Below, one piece after another: positions 22,034 to 35,900 of a stretch of 64,000 nucleotides of DNA. The notes beneath the pieces were generated by a model. It saw nothing but the letters and a program-made list of their open reading frames with translations. It had not been told where the DNA came from and searched no databases. Where the stretch lies: assembly GCA_002104905.1 (NCBI GenBank), contig MCFE01000120.1, positions 1-64,000 of the forward strand, read 5' to 3'. The stretch comes from Basidiobolus meristosporus CBS 931.73. Taxonomy: Eukaryota > Fungi > Basidiobolomycota. Made by a program: the position numbers and the translations under genes. How positions within the stretch are numbered: the stretch's first letter is position 1; every line of letters starts with the position of its first letter.

Positions 22034-24361
22034 GCAGCTGATATTCTTAAGTTGAAATTGTCTGCAAGACTTAACAGATTCTAGGCAGTCAGTTTTGATA
22101 TTTTGCTGGTGATATCCAACAGAGTATAGCTTCTTCATGTATCAGCTCCAAAGTGGCAAGTAAATGACCCCTTTATATTAACACTTTCCTTTCATAAGCA
22201 TGCAGGATTTTCCATGTGACTGAATCCAGTTGAGGAGTTATTTTAGAAGTCATGGTCAGTTTACTGATTATTTCACTAATCACATGTCCCTCTCAAGGTG
22301 AAGTTGGGAAAAGTACTGAAAGATGGTTGGGCAGGGTGTTGAGGATTCCTGGGCTACCCTATAGATACTGAAGAAACTTCTTTAAGGCAAGGATTTTGGC
22401 AAGTAACTACTACTTAGTGGCAGAGTAGTTTCTCCCAGCAAATTGGAGGAATCTGGCTTGAAAAGAGATCCAGTGAGGCCAATTTTGTTCTTCAGCCTAG
22501 TACAGGACAGCCCCTGACCCAACTTTAGATGCATTTGCAGCAAAACCAAGGTCTAGGTAAAGTCTGGGTAAGATAAAATGGGTGCTTGCAGGAGCAATTG
22601 TCAGAGTGACTCAAATGCTTGGTTATCAGTCTTGTTCAAGGCTGAGGTAAGATCAGGGCTATGACATAATGCATTTAAAGGGGCACTCAATGAGTACATG
22701 AATGTTATGTAATCCTGTATATAGTTGAATACTGCAAGATAATTGAAGTTGCTTGGTGCTAGTGGGTTTTGCCATTCCAAGATATTGACTAGTTTGGAAG
22801 GATCTTGTTGGTGGCCAGCAAATATGAGTATGAATCCAACTGAATCAATTCTGAGGCAAATAACACTGCACTTTTCAGCAATAAGAATCATTCAAGCAGC
22901 TGTCAGTCTATTAATTGCATTAATGCCATGAGTTGCATGTTTATCACTGCTTGTGGAAAATATGGTGACATCATCAGCAAGTACTAAGGCATATGGCTCA
23001 ATCTTGAGCATCTTAGTCATGACTCTCTGGAACTTGCTGGCAAGTGCCATTTGGCCAAAGGGAGCTGCCTGAAACATCCATTGTATATTATTTCAAATAA
23101 AGGGAGTCTAATGCTGACAATTAGGATGGATATGGAATCAGTGAAATGCATCCTTCAAGTCCAACTAGGTGAATACTGTAACTCCTCATAGTGAGGAAAA
23201 GATATCCTAGATTCTAGGAATCAGAAATTCACCATCTTGGAGAAGCTTTTCCAAAGGTCTGGGGTCTAAGCAAGGTATCTTTGGAGTTAGACTTCCATCA
23301 GTGTCTTTTTTGGGTGCAAGTGTCAAAGGGCTATTGAATGTTGTATTGACAGGGGCTTGAGTATTAATTCCACCGTCAGCCCACTTTTGGACTATTTCAT
23401 CAACTAAGTGCTTATATGAAGAATTGGGCTTTGTCTCCTCCATGTTGACTCACCAGGTGGTGTTTCAAGTGTATAATGGATTCTGAGATGGTCCAGAAAC
23501 TTTCCTTAGAATGGATTTGTTTCTTACCATGGTGAGCTGAAAATCCAATATGACTGATTGGAAATATGCTTGCAAAGTTGGGGCTGACTCTTCTACTTCT
23601 GGCTGAGGTGAGATGACTTCTGGATTATGATCCAATATGGTTGGCTGAGATTTAGTAATCTCAGCATGTGAAACTGGTAGTTCACCCATGTGAAGCCCAA
23701 GTTTAATGAAGGTGTCTAAATCAGTGACCAGCTGAGATCCATCTGGAATGTCAATAGCTTTCATTTGATGTATTTTAGTTCTTCAGCCACAATGTAAGTT
23801 GATTGAGTTGGTGATACCAATTCTTGGGGCTGAGAGGTCCTTTGCCACAAGTATGAATTTTCCTGGTTGTTTTTCAATTTCCAATAGAGTTCTTTGACTC
23901 TATTGGGTTATACAATAGAGTTGGATCATAGAGTATCCAGTAGTGCAACATACATTTGGCCTTTAAGGCTCAGGGGTACCTCTATGGTTTTTATCTGTGT
24001 GATTGGTTGCTTTTTTCTTGAGCACTTGTAAATTTTGCCAGAAATTCAGAGAAATTGTTATAATCTTAGACTGTATATTCTTCATGTGCTTCCTCATACC
24101 CTGCCATATCTTCTATTGAATGATCATATAGGATCTGGGTAACTTTTGCAAATGGTATAGGGTTCTTCTCAGGACAGGCAGGTGATCTATGTCCCATCTT
24201 TCCGCATTCAAAGCATTTGTCATTGGCATATGGATCATCAGTTTTGGTGTTTTATTGCTTCTCTAAGTGGTTTCCTGGCTTACTGGACTGTTTAGTGATG
24301 CCATTGAATTCCCTGGTAGAGTGATAGCATTTTCCATGAAGCTCACAATGCTTGATAGTGT

Positions 24362-24470
24362 TGTGGTGGTGTGGAGGTACTCCTGGGAGAAGCTACACAA
24401 CTCAGTGTGTGTGAAGTGTATGATGGGTGCAACAACCTCTGGGTCTAAACAGTTGGTGTCTTTGCCCTAT
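24362..24470 (-). mobile_element. 3'-terminal fragment of a family A LTR
   Basis: Reverse complement of the last ~110 bp of LTR 29308-30111, inserted in family D gag. Confidence 0.8.
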
Positions 24471-24699
24471 GAAAAATAATTTGGTCCTGCAGGTGGATCC
24501 AATCCGGACCATCCGTCAAGATCCTGCTCAGAGACCATCATAATAACAGCAGCTTGGAATTAGTGACCCTCCTGACAATCATATAACAAGATCATGATGG
24601 TGTTTTGCAAATTTTGCAGCCAAATAAAGGGATAAAACTTGACAATTTTTTATCAGTGCTGTGACAATATTTGCATGTTATTGTTGAGGTCTTTCAGCG

Positions 24700-27473
24700 C
24701 TCTATTACTGTTCTAAGTGGATCCAGTTGGCCAGGACTTCCAATTGCCTTATATGGCAAGAAACCTGACAGTATTTTGACAGACTCACAGCAAGACTCTG
24801 ATGGCTTTTTTTTGGCAGTATGACGGCCTGCCACTGGTTATGTATAATGCTACCGTACCAATTTACCAAATGATATTTCCCTTTTCTACCTCCCCTTGTG
24901 CAACTCATATATTACACTGTAGAATCACCTTTCTTTATTTGCTTACCCACTACTACCTTGGGTATTCCACATATAGTTCAAATCAAAAAAAACTACAGCC
25001 TCCTGCTTACTAACCTCTACAAATGCGCACACCTGCCGCAATTGATATACTTCTATCACCACAACTTTATGGCACTTTAGTGTGATACTTGCAAAGTTGC
25101 CATATACCTTGTACTGCTAGTAGCATATACATCTTGCAAACATATGCTTGGTTGTTGCCACTTCTGCTATGAATACCTCCTGAATATTGGCAAAGAACTT
25201 CTTTGTATTTAGCCAATATATTCCTTCTCCTTGATGGATTCTAGTCCCCCTTATAGGTGTGCTCTGGCATTTGTTTGTGTGAATTCCGTATTGAATGGTG
25301 TAGAAGTTGGCTTGTGACCACAAGAAATCTGGCATATTTTGGTGGAGTTTTCCTGATAAAAATTAGTTGCTTGTTGAACCCAACCCAACTTTGCATTACT
25401 TAACTGATTACCCACGCATTGGGGCTGCTTAGCTTCTTAATGCCATAGGTATAGGTGTCTCCATGTGCACATTTGTCCTCAGTATTTTCCAACTCTTTCT
25501 GGCTGTCCTCCATGTGCCAACTCATCACATCAATGACAGACTTGAAGGTAATATTCTTGATGAGATTGGGATATAGTAGTACCTGCAACTTGACTCATCT
25601 TCCTATCTCCCCACACATCCGCTCCATAGGAAACTCCCAAAAGGTGAAGCAAGGCCCAATATTCTCTACACACCAGGCAAGATGGAGTACAGAATGGATA
25701 CAGTAGCAGCAGAGATCTACACGTTCAGCTTTATGTTTGTATTATAGCCACTCAAATCCCATCACAAACTCCTCACACAACAGCTGTAGATGAGTCAAGT
25801 TGGCATTGGTGATCTGCTTCTGGATAAATATTCCTACAATGTCCGCATATGACTCCCAATGCTTCCAATGTACTCTTGGTAGGATTGGCTTCAGAACACC
25901 ACTTGAATAAATACATATCCAGTTCATCCAGTCTTTGCATTTGTATTGTTGCATATGCATATGAATATTATTTGGAGCCCATGAGAAGTACTTAGGGTAG
26001 CGGATACTCTGTAATATCTTGCCAATTTTTTCAAATTTCTCCGGTATCTCAAAAGGCTCATTTAGCTTGAAATGCCCCATGTACAACTTGGTCATCAGTA
26101 TAGGGATATGTTGAAAAGCAAATGCATTGCTCCTAGTGGAAAGCTTTTGCTCCAACAGATACCCTCTATCTTAAGTATCTCCGGTTTCCAATTGATTCCA
26201 TATTCCGGCCAATGGCTTATAGCTTGCCAACTTTGCTGCAATTGTATACTTACTTCTGTATGTTCTCTCTGTCTAAAGATGATGTTCTTAGTGCTGGTGT
26301 TTGGGTAATAATAATGTGTGTGAGTTATGGAGTAAATCCCCTGGATCTCACACATTTGACAGCAATACCATCCATTGTGCCCGGAAAAACCTGCTATCTT
26401 GCTGATGGCTGGGGTATCTCCAATGCAGATAATAATATGTGCTTTTACATGACGGCCATTTACCGTTATCCTACTGGAACACATACAAAATTCATTCAGC
26501 AATGGATACAGGTAGCCATCCAGGTTGGACAGTCATTTAGGCCCAGATACCAGTGAGACTACCATCAGATTATTGCTCTGATACCGTAAGATGGGTGGCA
26601 GATTCAGATTGATGAGAATCAGTGGCCAGCAAGAATTGCTGGTAGAGTACTTGTTTGATGAGAATCCATCAAGTGCTAAAGTAAAGGCATGGTCATACAT
26701 ACCTTCAAAGTAGCCCTTGCTTCTTAGCTGTTTGTGATGTTTGCCATCAAATATATTGGATATGTTTGCGCTTGATTGATACTGAGTGCGGTACTCTATA
26801 GCTTTGCAATATTTGTAGACTGCATGAGCTTCCTCAGATGGGGTATGACTGGAATATATCCAGAGTGTGAACAATGTTTTCCCTCAATGGTGGTGGATTC
26901 CTGACAATTTGGACACATTGCAATAGTAGCATTTTTGGATGTGAATGCCATGCAACTGTTAACACATACTGGAATCAGCACAGTCTCTGGATCATGTGTT
27001 GCCAGCCGCATGACGGTTGTCCACTTGTACCATGTACATGGTAAGTTGCATCCCGGTATGACTTTGGCAAGAAGTAGTAATAAATCCTCAAAGCCACCAT
27101 TACTGATATTAGAGGAAACTCGCCACTTCTCTAGCCACAACATCACATCATTCACCAGTAGATGGATTACTGGGCTCACTTGGCTCCATAAAGTATCCTT
27201 GGCATTTGTCTCAATGGGTGTTGCCTCATTGCATATAGGGATTTGACCAGCCTCATACGTGGTACTGTTGTTAGGGGAGATAGTCTCAAAATCCATCAGT
27301 GAACCTTCTTTGTCAGAGTTATCACTCTGCATGCCATATTCAGAAGGCTGAGGTGAGCCTAAGGGCGTCACAAACTCACCTGACTCAGTTTGCGCAAGGT
27401 GACAAAGATGGCCAGGTGCCAATATAGAAGTATCAACTGGCTGGCAAGCTAATGTTGGTACAGTAGTGACCAA
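24700..27473 (-). mobile_element. CACTA/EnSpm-like (Transposase_21-type) transposase pseudogene
   Basis: Ordered motifs LALDGF, WPLILINLNLPPILRY...GPK, IGDTPAISKIAGFSGHNGWYCCQMC, YKCKDW, IHSVLHL..GPCFTFWEFPMERMCG. Several frameshifts and stops. Element termini not identified. Confidence 0.88.
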
Positions 27474-27849
27474 TGAATGGTCAAATATGACTTGGGTGGC
27501 AAAACACTGGCTGTGATCCTTGTAATACTTCCTATGCTGTCTGCATGCTTAATGGCTGAGAGGCTTGCCACAATAGCCACATGGCCTCTTTTCTCTTGTC
27601 TTATGGCATTGAGTCAAAGTAGTCTTGTCCATGGGGCAAACAGTTTGACCTTCAGCAATGTAATGCTATTATATCACTTTTTTGGTCAATACTCATGTGA
27701 ACTTACAACAGTCTTGTACTTGAGACATTGCACCTACATGAATGTAAGATTCAATGATGACCTGCCATAGTAAGCATTATAAGTAAAGTTGTGGCACCAC
27801 ATACACATGTATATGTAACACTATTTCCCCTTTGGTTTGAGTCACTTCC

Positions 27850-29263
27850 ATGTATATTCCGCTAAGAAATAAAGCAAAGTTGTCTGGTTCTCAACCAAAC
27901 CCCATTGCTGATGGCAACAGAAGAACAATTGGACAACAGCTTGCTTTGACATTCAGTGCAACAAGCAGGGCTACATCCAAAAAAGGCTCTGTGGATAGTG
28001 TGCCCATTGAACGTAATAATGCAGACTCCTCAGGCTCTCAGTCAAGTAGGCAATGGAGAACCTCTGCGGAGCCACAAGCTGACCATTATGCTCAGGCGGA
28101 TGAGAATGTAGCAAACGCAGTACCCTCTGTTGAAGATCAGCAAGTGGCCATGATAACATTGCCACCACCCATATTAGCAAGTATGTTGTCAGCTCATACC
28201 AAAGCATTAATGAAGCAATTAGGTGCAGTGGCTGATAGGATAGATGTAATGGCCCAGAGAAATCTCGAAGTAGTCCAGAAACAGGATGAGTGGATAATAT
28301 ATGTATAGCAATCAATATCCCAGGTAGAGAAAGCAGTATCTTTGCTGCAAAGAAGGAACTCAAGTAGCTCAATGGCACAGCCAAGAATTGAGCCATTTCC
28401 TGATGTAACAGCAGAGGAACACCATACAGTCTTTGAAGCACACCAACAGTGCCCAAAGATAAAGCCCACAGAAAAACCTATCACAGCATGGGAGGGAGAC
28501 AATGGGGTGTTTATACCAAAGCCTACAAATCAAAAGACATTGAAGATCTGTGAAGCCATTGAGTGTAATAATGAAGAGTGGGCTAATATACAAGAGGCCA
28601 TCAGAAGTCTAGCACGCCATCACCTTAAGGCTGGCATACCATGGGACCATCAGGGACTCAAGGCCAAGCAGAATGCACCTGACTAGTTCCATGAGCATTA
28701 TCCTGGATTCAACCAGGCAAATGGATTTTGGGCCAGCATTGGTACGCTAAGAAAGTATCTTAAGAATAGCAGAAACTATCAAAGGCAGAAGAACAAGGGT
28801 GCCATGGCTAAAAACCAGCAGCTTCCTCAAGAGCCCGTTACAAGCAAGGCCAAAAGCTCCAGACAAGCATCAAAGAGACACCAGGCAGCTGGAAGAGTGC
28901 CAATTAAGGACAAGCAGGCAGACATGGATGCACCAGCACAATATTTATCAAGGAAAGAATGTAGTACCTCTCAAGAAGCACGCAGTCAAAGTACCAGTGA
29001 AGGACCTGGCATTGATACAAACCAGCCGCTTTTACAGGAGCCCATCACAACTACGGTTGAGAGCTCAAAACAAGCTGAAAATAAATGGCAGGTTGCCAGA
29101 AGAGTGCCAGCAAGGGACAAGCAGGCCAAAACAGATGCATCAGAGCAGAATTCATCCTAGAGAAAATGTAGTTCTTAACAAGAAGCACTCAGACAAAGTA
29201 GCAGTGAAAGACCTGGCAGTGATAAAGGAAAAGGTAAAGGGAAAAATGTATACCCAAGCCTGA
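27850..29263 (+). pseudogene. Divergent accessory ORF of the CACTA-like element (broken)
   Basis: Successive ORFs 27850-28308, 28342-28686 and 28804-29160, head-to-head with the transposase. A homologous relic lies beside the other transposase remnant at 15600-15890. Confidence 0.55.
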
Positions 29264-30115
29264 GACAGGGAGGCATGCAAAAAACTGCAGTTCTTGCCAA
29301 TTAACGCTGTGGTAGGGTAAACATACCTCCCACAGACAAGTTTATTTATATAGTCATTATGATATACTTATCCATATTTTATCTTATCAGTATTATCCCA
29401 TGCTTCCTTTGCCCATATTATCAGTATTATCCCCCTATGATGTTTACCCTGATTAGTTATTAGCATTAGTTATCCCAGATGTTAATCAGCTTTGTGATCA
29501 GTAGATGTATCTATATAAGGCAAGTACCTGCGTCAGTATCCGTGACACATGACCTAGGTCTGTGTTACCATCCCTACCATTCCAATACCATATATGGTAT
29601 TTCTATGTTGCACAGGTTTCAGACTACTGATTCCTGATTGGTTGAGAGTGCTGTGCCTTTTAGAACCTTCTAGGACATTCTTGGCATATTTTTAGCTCTT
29701 AGTGATGTCATCAAGAATTCCACTAATACCTAGAATCTTCTAGAACCTTGTCATTAGTAATCACTTGGCAATCAGGAAAAGTATTTAAGGGAAAGCAATC
29801 CCTCATCAATAAATCATCCCTTCTATCAGTAACACTTCTACCTTATTGATTAGCAGTTGATCATTGCACCTGCCTTCAACAGTACCTCTCAGACCTGCCA
29901 TCAAGGAGCTTTTCAAGGTAGTGTACAAGACACACAGAGGCTTTTGGAGACACTTGGAGCACCTAGGAAGCTAGAGAAGCAGGAGCTTTTACCATAGTGG
30001 CATATTGACAAAGACACCAGCAGTTTAGACACAGAGGTTATTGCACCCATCAGACGCCTCACACACCTTGAGTTGTGTAGCTTCTCCCAGGAGTACCTCT
30101 ACACTACCACATATT

Positions 30116-30132
30116 TGGCACCCAACGTGGGG
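30116..30132 (+). promoter_or_regulatory. Primer-binding site complementary to the tRNA-Lys(CUU) 3' end
   Basis: TGGCACCCAACGTGGGG versus the canonical tRNA-Lys1,2 PBS TGGCGCCCAACGTGGGG: one G>A change at a CpG. Lies 4 nt after the 5' LTR. Confidence 0.85.
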
Positions 30133-30184
30133 GTTTGACTGAACTGCCCCTAGAAGACTTAAGAAAGAACAAATTATCAAGACC

Positions 30185-32073
30185 ATGGATCTACCTTTAC
30201 CAGGAATGCAAGGAACTCCTTTCTTTGATGGAACCAAAGTTAAAGCTTTCATCAAGAGGTGGGAGCTTTTCTGCAGAGCCCACAAAATACCTGAGGCCAT
30301 TATGGCTGAAGAGATGCCCCCCTACAGCACTGATGAGATCATGCTCTCATTATATGAAAGAAATGATCTGCTGACAAATTGGACCCACTTGAAGAGCTAC
30401 TTGATTGATGAATATGGAGAGAGACAAGTTGACTACACACTTCAAGACTTGGAGAACTTTGCTTATAGCAAGTTTAAGCAGCTACCATTGAAAGAATACT
30501 TGAGTGGCCTTGAGCAAATTGGAGAGTCACTGAAAGCCCAAGGCATTATCACTGAACTGACTTTATCTGCCTATCTGCTCAGAGCACTACCAGAAGGCCT
30601 GGTGAGAAGGATTGAAAACAATCCTACTGTGAAAGCTATGAGTTCACTGCCTGCATTTCAGTTAGTTAAGCAGATTCTACTTGCCCCTGAAGAAACCTCA
30701 CCAATCAGAAAGCATCTTTCAAGCCCAGAACTAAACCAAGATAGCCAAGACATACTTAATTCCAGCAATCAAAGCACTCAAATTCAGGAGCTGACACAGC
30801 AACTAGAGAAACTCTCTTCGCTACTTGCCAGCAAAGCATATGGTCAGAAGCCAGTAGAGAAAGAAGTCAAATATACATGCATGTGGTGTGACTCTGCCAA
30901 CCATTCCAAGAGAAATTGCCAAGAGCTTCAGTCATTACTATCCACAGGTGATTTCCTATATAGTCCTCAGGGATACATAGTCAGTAAGCATGGTGACAAA
31001 TTATCCACAGCATTTGGACAAGGAGGAATGAGAGTTCACTACAAGCAAGTCACCTCTCATACAAGAAAGGTTCACCTCCATGAAGAAGAAGATCCTGACT
31101 ACTTTGATCCAGCTGAAGTTCTGAACTTTGACTATGAGGACCCCAGAGAGGCCCAAGATCATATAGCTTCAATTTATGCTTCAAAGAGACACCATCCTGA
31201 AAAATGGCTAATCCAGGCCCAGCAACAAAAGTACCAAGATGTGAGCCAGAAGCTGTGATTGAGAAGAAAGCATCACCCCCATTAATTTTACAAGAGTCTG
31301 CCAAGGCCAACAACTACCACATGCAGCCTAGAGTCAAGCAAAATGGTACCCCAGAGGCTCTGACAAGTCATATACTAGGAAGCAACATATCAATCAAGGT
31401 TGGGGAGCTACTCAGTGTATCACCATCAGTAAGAAAGACTCTGGATGAGCATATCCGAATAAGAAAGCATCCAATTGAAGCAACTCAAGGCAACCAGGTC
31501 AGGACAGTTCAAGGAAGCCAAGATATCAGTAAGCTGCATCAAAGCCAGAAACACTACTACTCAGCAGCAACTGCAACAACTACAGGAACTGTGCATAATC
31601 AAGAAATCCTATGTCATATAGACAGTGGATCTGAGATATGTGTGATGCCTTTGGAGGCTTGGAAACAACTACCATGCAAAGACCTATTGCCCATAGACAC
31701 CAATATCAATTGGAGCATGAAGGATGCTAACTCAGGGCAATCAAAGCTTTTAGGAATTATTCACAACTTCCCTCTCATCATTGAAGGAGTACCCCATAAG
31801 ATCCCAGTATTCATTTGTGCAAAGGCTAACTTTGAATTACTTCTTGGAAGACCATGGGAGGTGAAAGCAAGAGCAACTGCAGTTAACTACCCAGATGGTT
31901 CAGCATGGTATACTATATACTCAGAGAGCCCAGGACTAACAGCAACCTTCTGTGGTGTGGACTCAAACAATATCCAATCAATGACATCATGTAGATTTCT
32001 CTCCAAGAAAAGACAGGTGGCTTCATTGAGGAAGACTGAGAGAGCACTTTGTTCTCCAAACTTACAGTGGTAA
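30185..32073 (+). CDS. Gag (CxxC..H..C knuckle) and aspartic protease of family A, in two overlapping frames
   Basis: ORF 30185-31258 (PFFDG, CMWCDSANHSKRNC) and ORF 31204-32073 (IDSGSEIC, LLLGRPW). One extra A in GAAAAATGG (~31200) would fuse them. Confidence 0.85.
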
Positions 32074-32928
32074 GCTAAAAAGTTCCCTGAAACTTTTTAG
32101 CTCAAGTGGGGGGTGGATGTGGTAGGGTAAACATACCTCCCACAGACAAGTTTATTCATATAGTCATTATGATATACTTATCCATGTTTTATCTTATCAG
32201 TATTATCCCATGCTTCCTTTGCCCATATTATCAGTATTATCCCCCTATGATGTTTACCCTGATTAGTTATTAGCATTAGTTATCCCAGATGTTAATCAGC
32301 TTTGTGATCAGTAGATGTATCTATATAAGGCAAGTACCTGTGTCAGTACCCGTGACACATGACCTAGGTCTGTGTTACCATCCCTACCATTTCAATACCA
32401 TATATGGTATTTCTATGTTGCACAGGTTTCAGACTACTGATTCCTGATTGGTTGAGAGTGCTGTGCCTTTTAGAACCTTCCAGGACATTCTTGGCATATT
32501 TTTAGCCCTTAGTGATGTCATCAAGAATTCCACTGATACCTAGAATCTTCTAGAACCTTGTCATTAGTAATCACTTGGCAATCAGGAAAAGTATTTAAGG
32601 GAAAGCAATCCCTCATCAATAAATCATCCCTTCTATCAGTAACACTTCTACCTTATTGATTAGCAGTTGATCATTGCACCTGCCTTCAACAGTACATCTC
32701 AGACCTGCCATCAAGGAGCTTTTCAAGGTAGTGCACAAGACACACAGAGGCTTTTGGAGACACTTGGAGCACCTAGGAAGCTAGAGAAGCAGGAGCTTTT
32801 ACCATAGTGGCATATTGACAAAGACACCAGCAGTTTAGACACAGAGGTTATTGCACCCATCAGACACCTCACACACCTTGAGTTGTGTAGCTTCTCCCAG
32901 GAGTACCTCTACACCACCACAATGCCGC

Positions 32929-35900
32929 TGTGGTAGTGTATAGGTCCAAGGGAGAGATACGTCCAACACTTCTCAAGTGTTTTGTGTGTGGGGTGTTCAC
33001 TGGGTGCAATAACCTGTGGCAAAAGCTTGCTAGGAATACTTGGGTTCTGTCTCTGATCTAATGTGAAGGGGAATAAAGCCACAAGCTTGTCAAGGGAAAA
33101 CTATTGAGCTACAATCCCCAACTTGGTTGGCGTCTTAACAAAAGTATGTGCTGGGTTCAGCATCCTTTGAGATGACAATGTACTAAAGCTTCCAAAGTCA
33201 AAACAACTGTAAACTCCACCAGCAGGGACTTGATAAGAATGCAGCTGTGGTCAATAGTTACAAAGACAGAAAAGTGTCTTTGCCTGTACAAGAACAAACT
33301 TGGGAAAGAATCAAATATAATAAAAGATACCTACTCTGAGTATTCCTCACAAGTAGTGCCTCCAAGGTCAGTTAGCTGTCAGCACAGTTTCCTGGAAGTG
33401 TCCTGTGGTCTGGGGTTGGAAGTTCAGGTAGCAGCAAGTAGCAGTGATCACACTAATCAACAAGTTGGTATATTGATAAAGGGATGATGATTTATTGTTG
33501 AGAGATTGCCTCCCTCATATACTTTTCTTACTGGCTAAGTGATTACTAATCATGGTGTTCCAGAAGGTTCCAGATATCAATAGAAATCTTAATGACATCA
33601 GAATGACCTAAGAATGCTCTAAGTAGGTGCTGGAAGGTTCTAAGAGGCACAGCACATCTAACAAATCAGGAATCAGTATTCTGAAACCTGTGTAACATGG
33701 GGATACCATGTATGGTATAGAAATAGTAGGGATGGTGACACGTGTTGATCATGTGTCACGGGTACTTGCGCGGGTACTTGCCTAATATAGAAGTACTTAT
33801 AGCTAGTAATCTCACATAAAGTGAGGGGTAACTTATGCAAAAAGGTAAGCAGGTGTGATAGTCAACCGGCTTATGGGATAGTACTGATTGGGTAAGACAA
33901 ATGGGATAAAACTAAAATAAGTGTAGTAGAGATATAGGGAAGTAGAAAATACAGGAATGAGCATATCTGTCAGTGGGTGTCACTGTCACCCCACTACATC
34001 CACCCCCCTCTCAGCTTTGAACTTGGGTCAAAGCAAACTAATCTTGATGTGCAAAATTCCTATGCTTGAATAACTTATGTCGGTTTCCAGCAACTGGTGC
34101 TCTCGACTGGGTGTTGTCAAGCTCAGATATGTAATAACTTCCATTGCCAATCACCTTGGAAATGAGGTAGGGGCCAGTCCATTTGTTGTTAAACTTCCGA
34201 CTCCATTGTTTGTCCAAGGGGGAATCATAGAGTAGTATTGGGTCTCCTAGTGATAGTGGTTTTGGTCTTATTGAGTGTGATTTGTCAAATTGCACCTTGT
34301 TCTTTAGTCATGTATCCTTAAGTTGTTCAGCAGCTCTGCTGATATTCAAGTCATGGTGATCAAGTTGCTGTATGCAAGTTGGAAGGAGGTCTTCAGTCTA
34401 CATATTGTATCGCCAATTCAATGAGTTCCAAGTGACTGTGTTTAACTCAACTGGTAGTATGCAGTCATGTCCATAGAGTAGCTTGAATGGCAATAATCCA
34501 GTTGTTCTCTTGGTAGTAATTCTATCTGCCCAGAGTGCTATGTGTAATTGCTGTGGCCACAGTGTTGTGTTATTCTCACAAGTCATGACAAGAGAGTTCA
34601 CCAATGGTCCATGTCCTCTCTCTATCATTCCATTGGCTTGAGGATGGTAAGCTGTTGTGAAAGCTATGTGTATCTAGTACTTTGAGCACAACTCCTGGAT
34701 CATTTGGGATGTCATCTCTCCTCTGTCAGCAACAAACTGTTGGATGCAGCCAAATCTGCAGATGATGTCTTCAAGTATAAATCTACATATGGTATGGCTC
34801 TTGTTCTTGGGCAAGGCTTAAGCCTCTGCCCATTCACTAAGGTCATCTCTAGCAACAATCAGGTACTTTTTTGATCCAGCTGTTGGCATGTGGACAAGGT
34901 CAATACCAACCTGTTGCCATAGACAGATTGTGTAAGTAGGATGCAGTGGTTCTTCATACCGCTTGGAGGATCTCCTCTGGCAGGCTACACATGACTCAAC
35001 AAAGTGTTGGATATCATAGTACATGTTTTCCCAGTAGTACCTCTGAGATGCGGTATTGTATGTGGCTTCTCATCCTCTATGTCCTCCTGGTTCTCCTTGA
35101 TGGATACATGTCATGATGTTCAGTTGCTCTTGAGGGGTAGTGACTACTCTTCTTGGCATAAGTCCAGGCTTCACTTGCTTAAAGAGAAGATCATCTTTAA
35201 GATAGTAGTGGTGTGCCTTCTTCCTGAGTTTTCTAAACTCCTTAATATCCATCCAACTAGGTTTCTTAAGTGTCCTTAGATATTCCTTGATCAGACTCCA
35301 GGTAGTTCTCTCTTGGTCTTTGATGGCAATCTGTCAGATCTCTGCATCAATAATATCATCAAAGTGAGGGACCAAGTGTTCAAATAATTGTGGTCCCTTC
35401 CTGGAGAGTGCATCAGCCACAACATTTGTCTTGCCAGGGATATGTCTGACCTCAAAGTCAAACATTTTCAGCCATGCCTTCCATTGGTTTGTGGCATCAT
35501 CAGGTAGGTCAGGCTTGTTGATCATTCCTATAAGTGGCTTGGCATCTGTCTCCAGGATAAAATGTGTCATGTAGAGTTGTGACTTCAGTTTCCTCAGTAT
35601 CTTTGCAACTCCTGGTAGTTCTCTCTTAATCTGTGAGTATCTTTGCTCTCTAGGAGAGAATAGGCAGCTCTCATATCTCCAGGCATAGCGGTTGCCATCT
35701 TCATCATCTTGTCCAAGTAGTGCTCCAGCTCCTATAGGGCTTGCATCCACTGTCAAAATAGGTGGGCATTCAGTGTTCTGGTAGTCAAGAGGTCTTAGAA
35801 CTGGTGGAGATACTAAGGCCTCTTTCAGTAATTGCATGGCTTCTTCTTGCTCTTCTCCCAAGATAAATGGGGTATTCTTTCCCTGTAGTTGGTAGCTTGG

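Larger units (their letters stand above)
19242..24361 (-). mobile_element. Ty3/gypsy family D chromovirus, decayed: LTR 19242-19880, chromodomain, integrase, RH/RT, protease, gag
   Basis: Purine tract GGGAGGAAGTGA abuts the LTR start at 19880. Integrase ORF 20315-21013 (DNGAE, YHPKANRLAER). RT fragments 22892-23443 are homologous to 18208-18989. Interrupted by a solo LTR at 20967-22033 and by an A-type LTR at 24362. Confidence 0.9.
29308..32921 (+). mobile_element. Family A LTR retrotransposon carrying gag and protease only
   Basis: Two 804-bp LTRs (29308-30111, 32118-32921; TGTGGT...ACCACA) with 12 hand-counted differences. TSD ACGC/ATGC, PBS at 30116, PPT GGGGGGTGGA before 32118. No RT, RH or IN between the LTRs. 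Confidence 0.95.

Noticed and set aside
31190-31258. Programmed -1 frameshift between gag and protease
   Set aside because: No canonical X XXY YYZ heptamer or clear downstream structure; a 1-nt loss in an A run explains it equally well.
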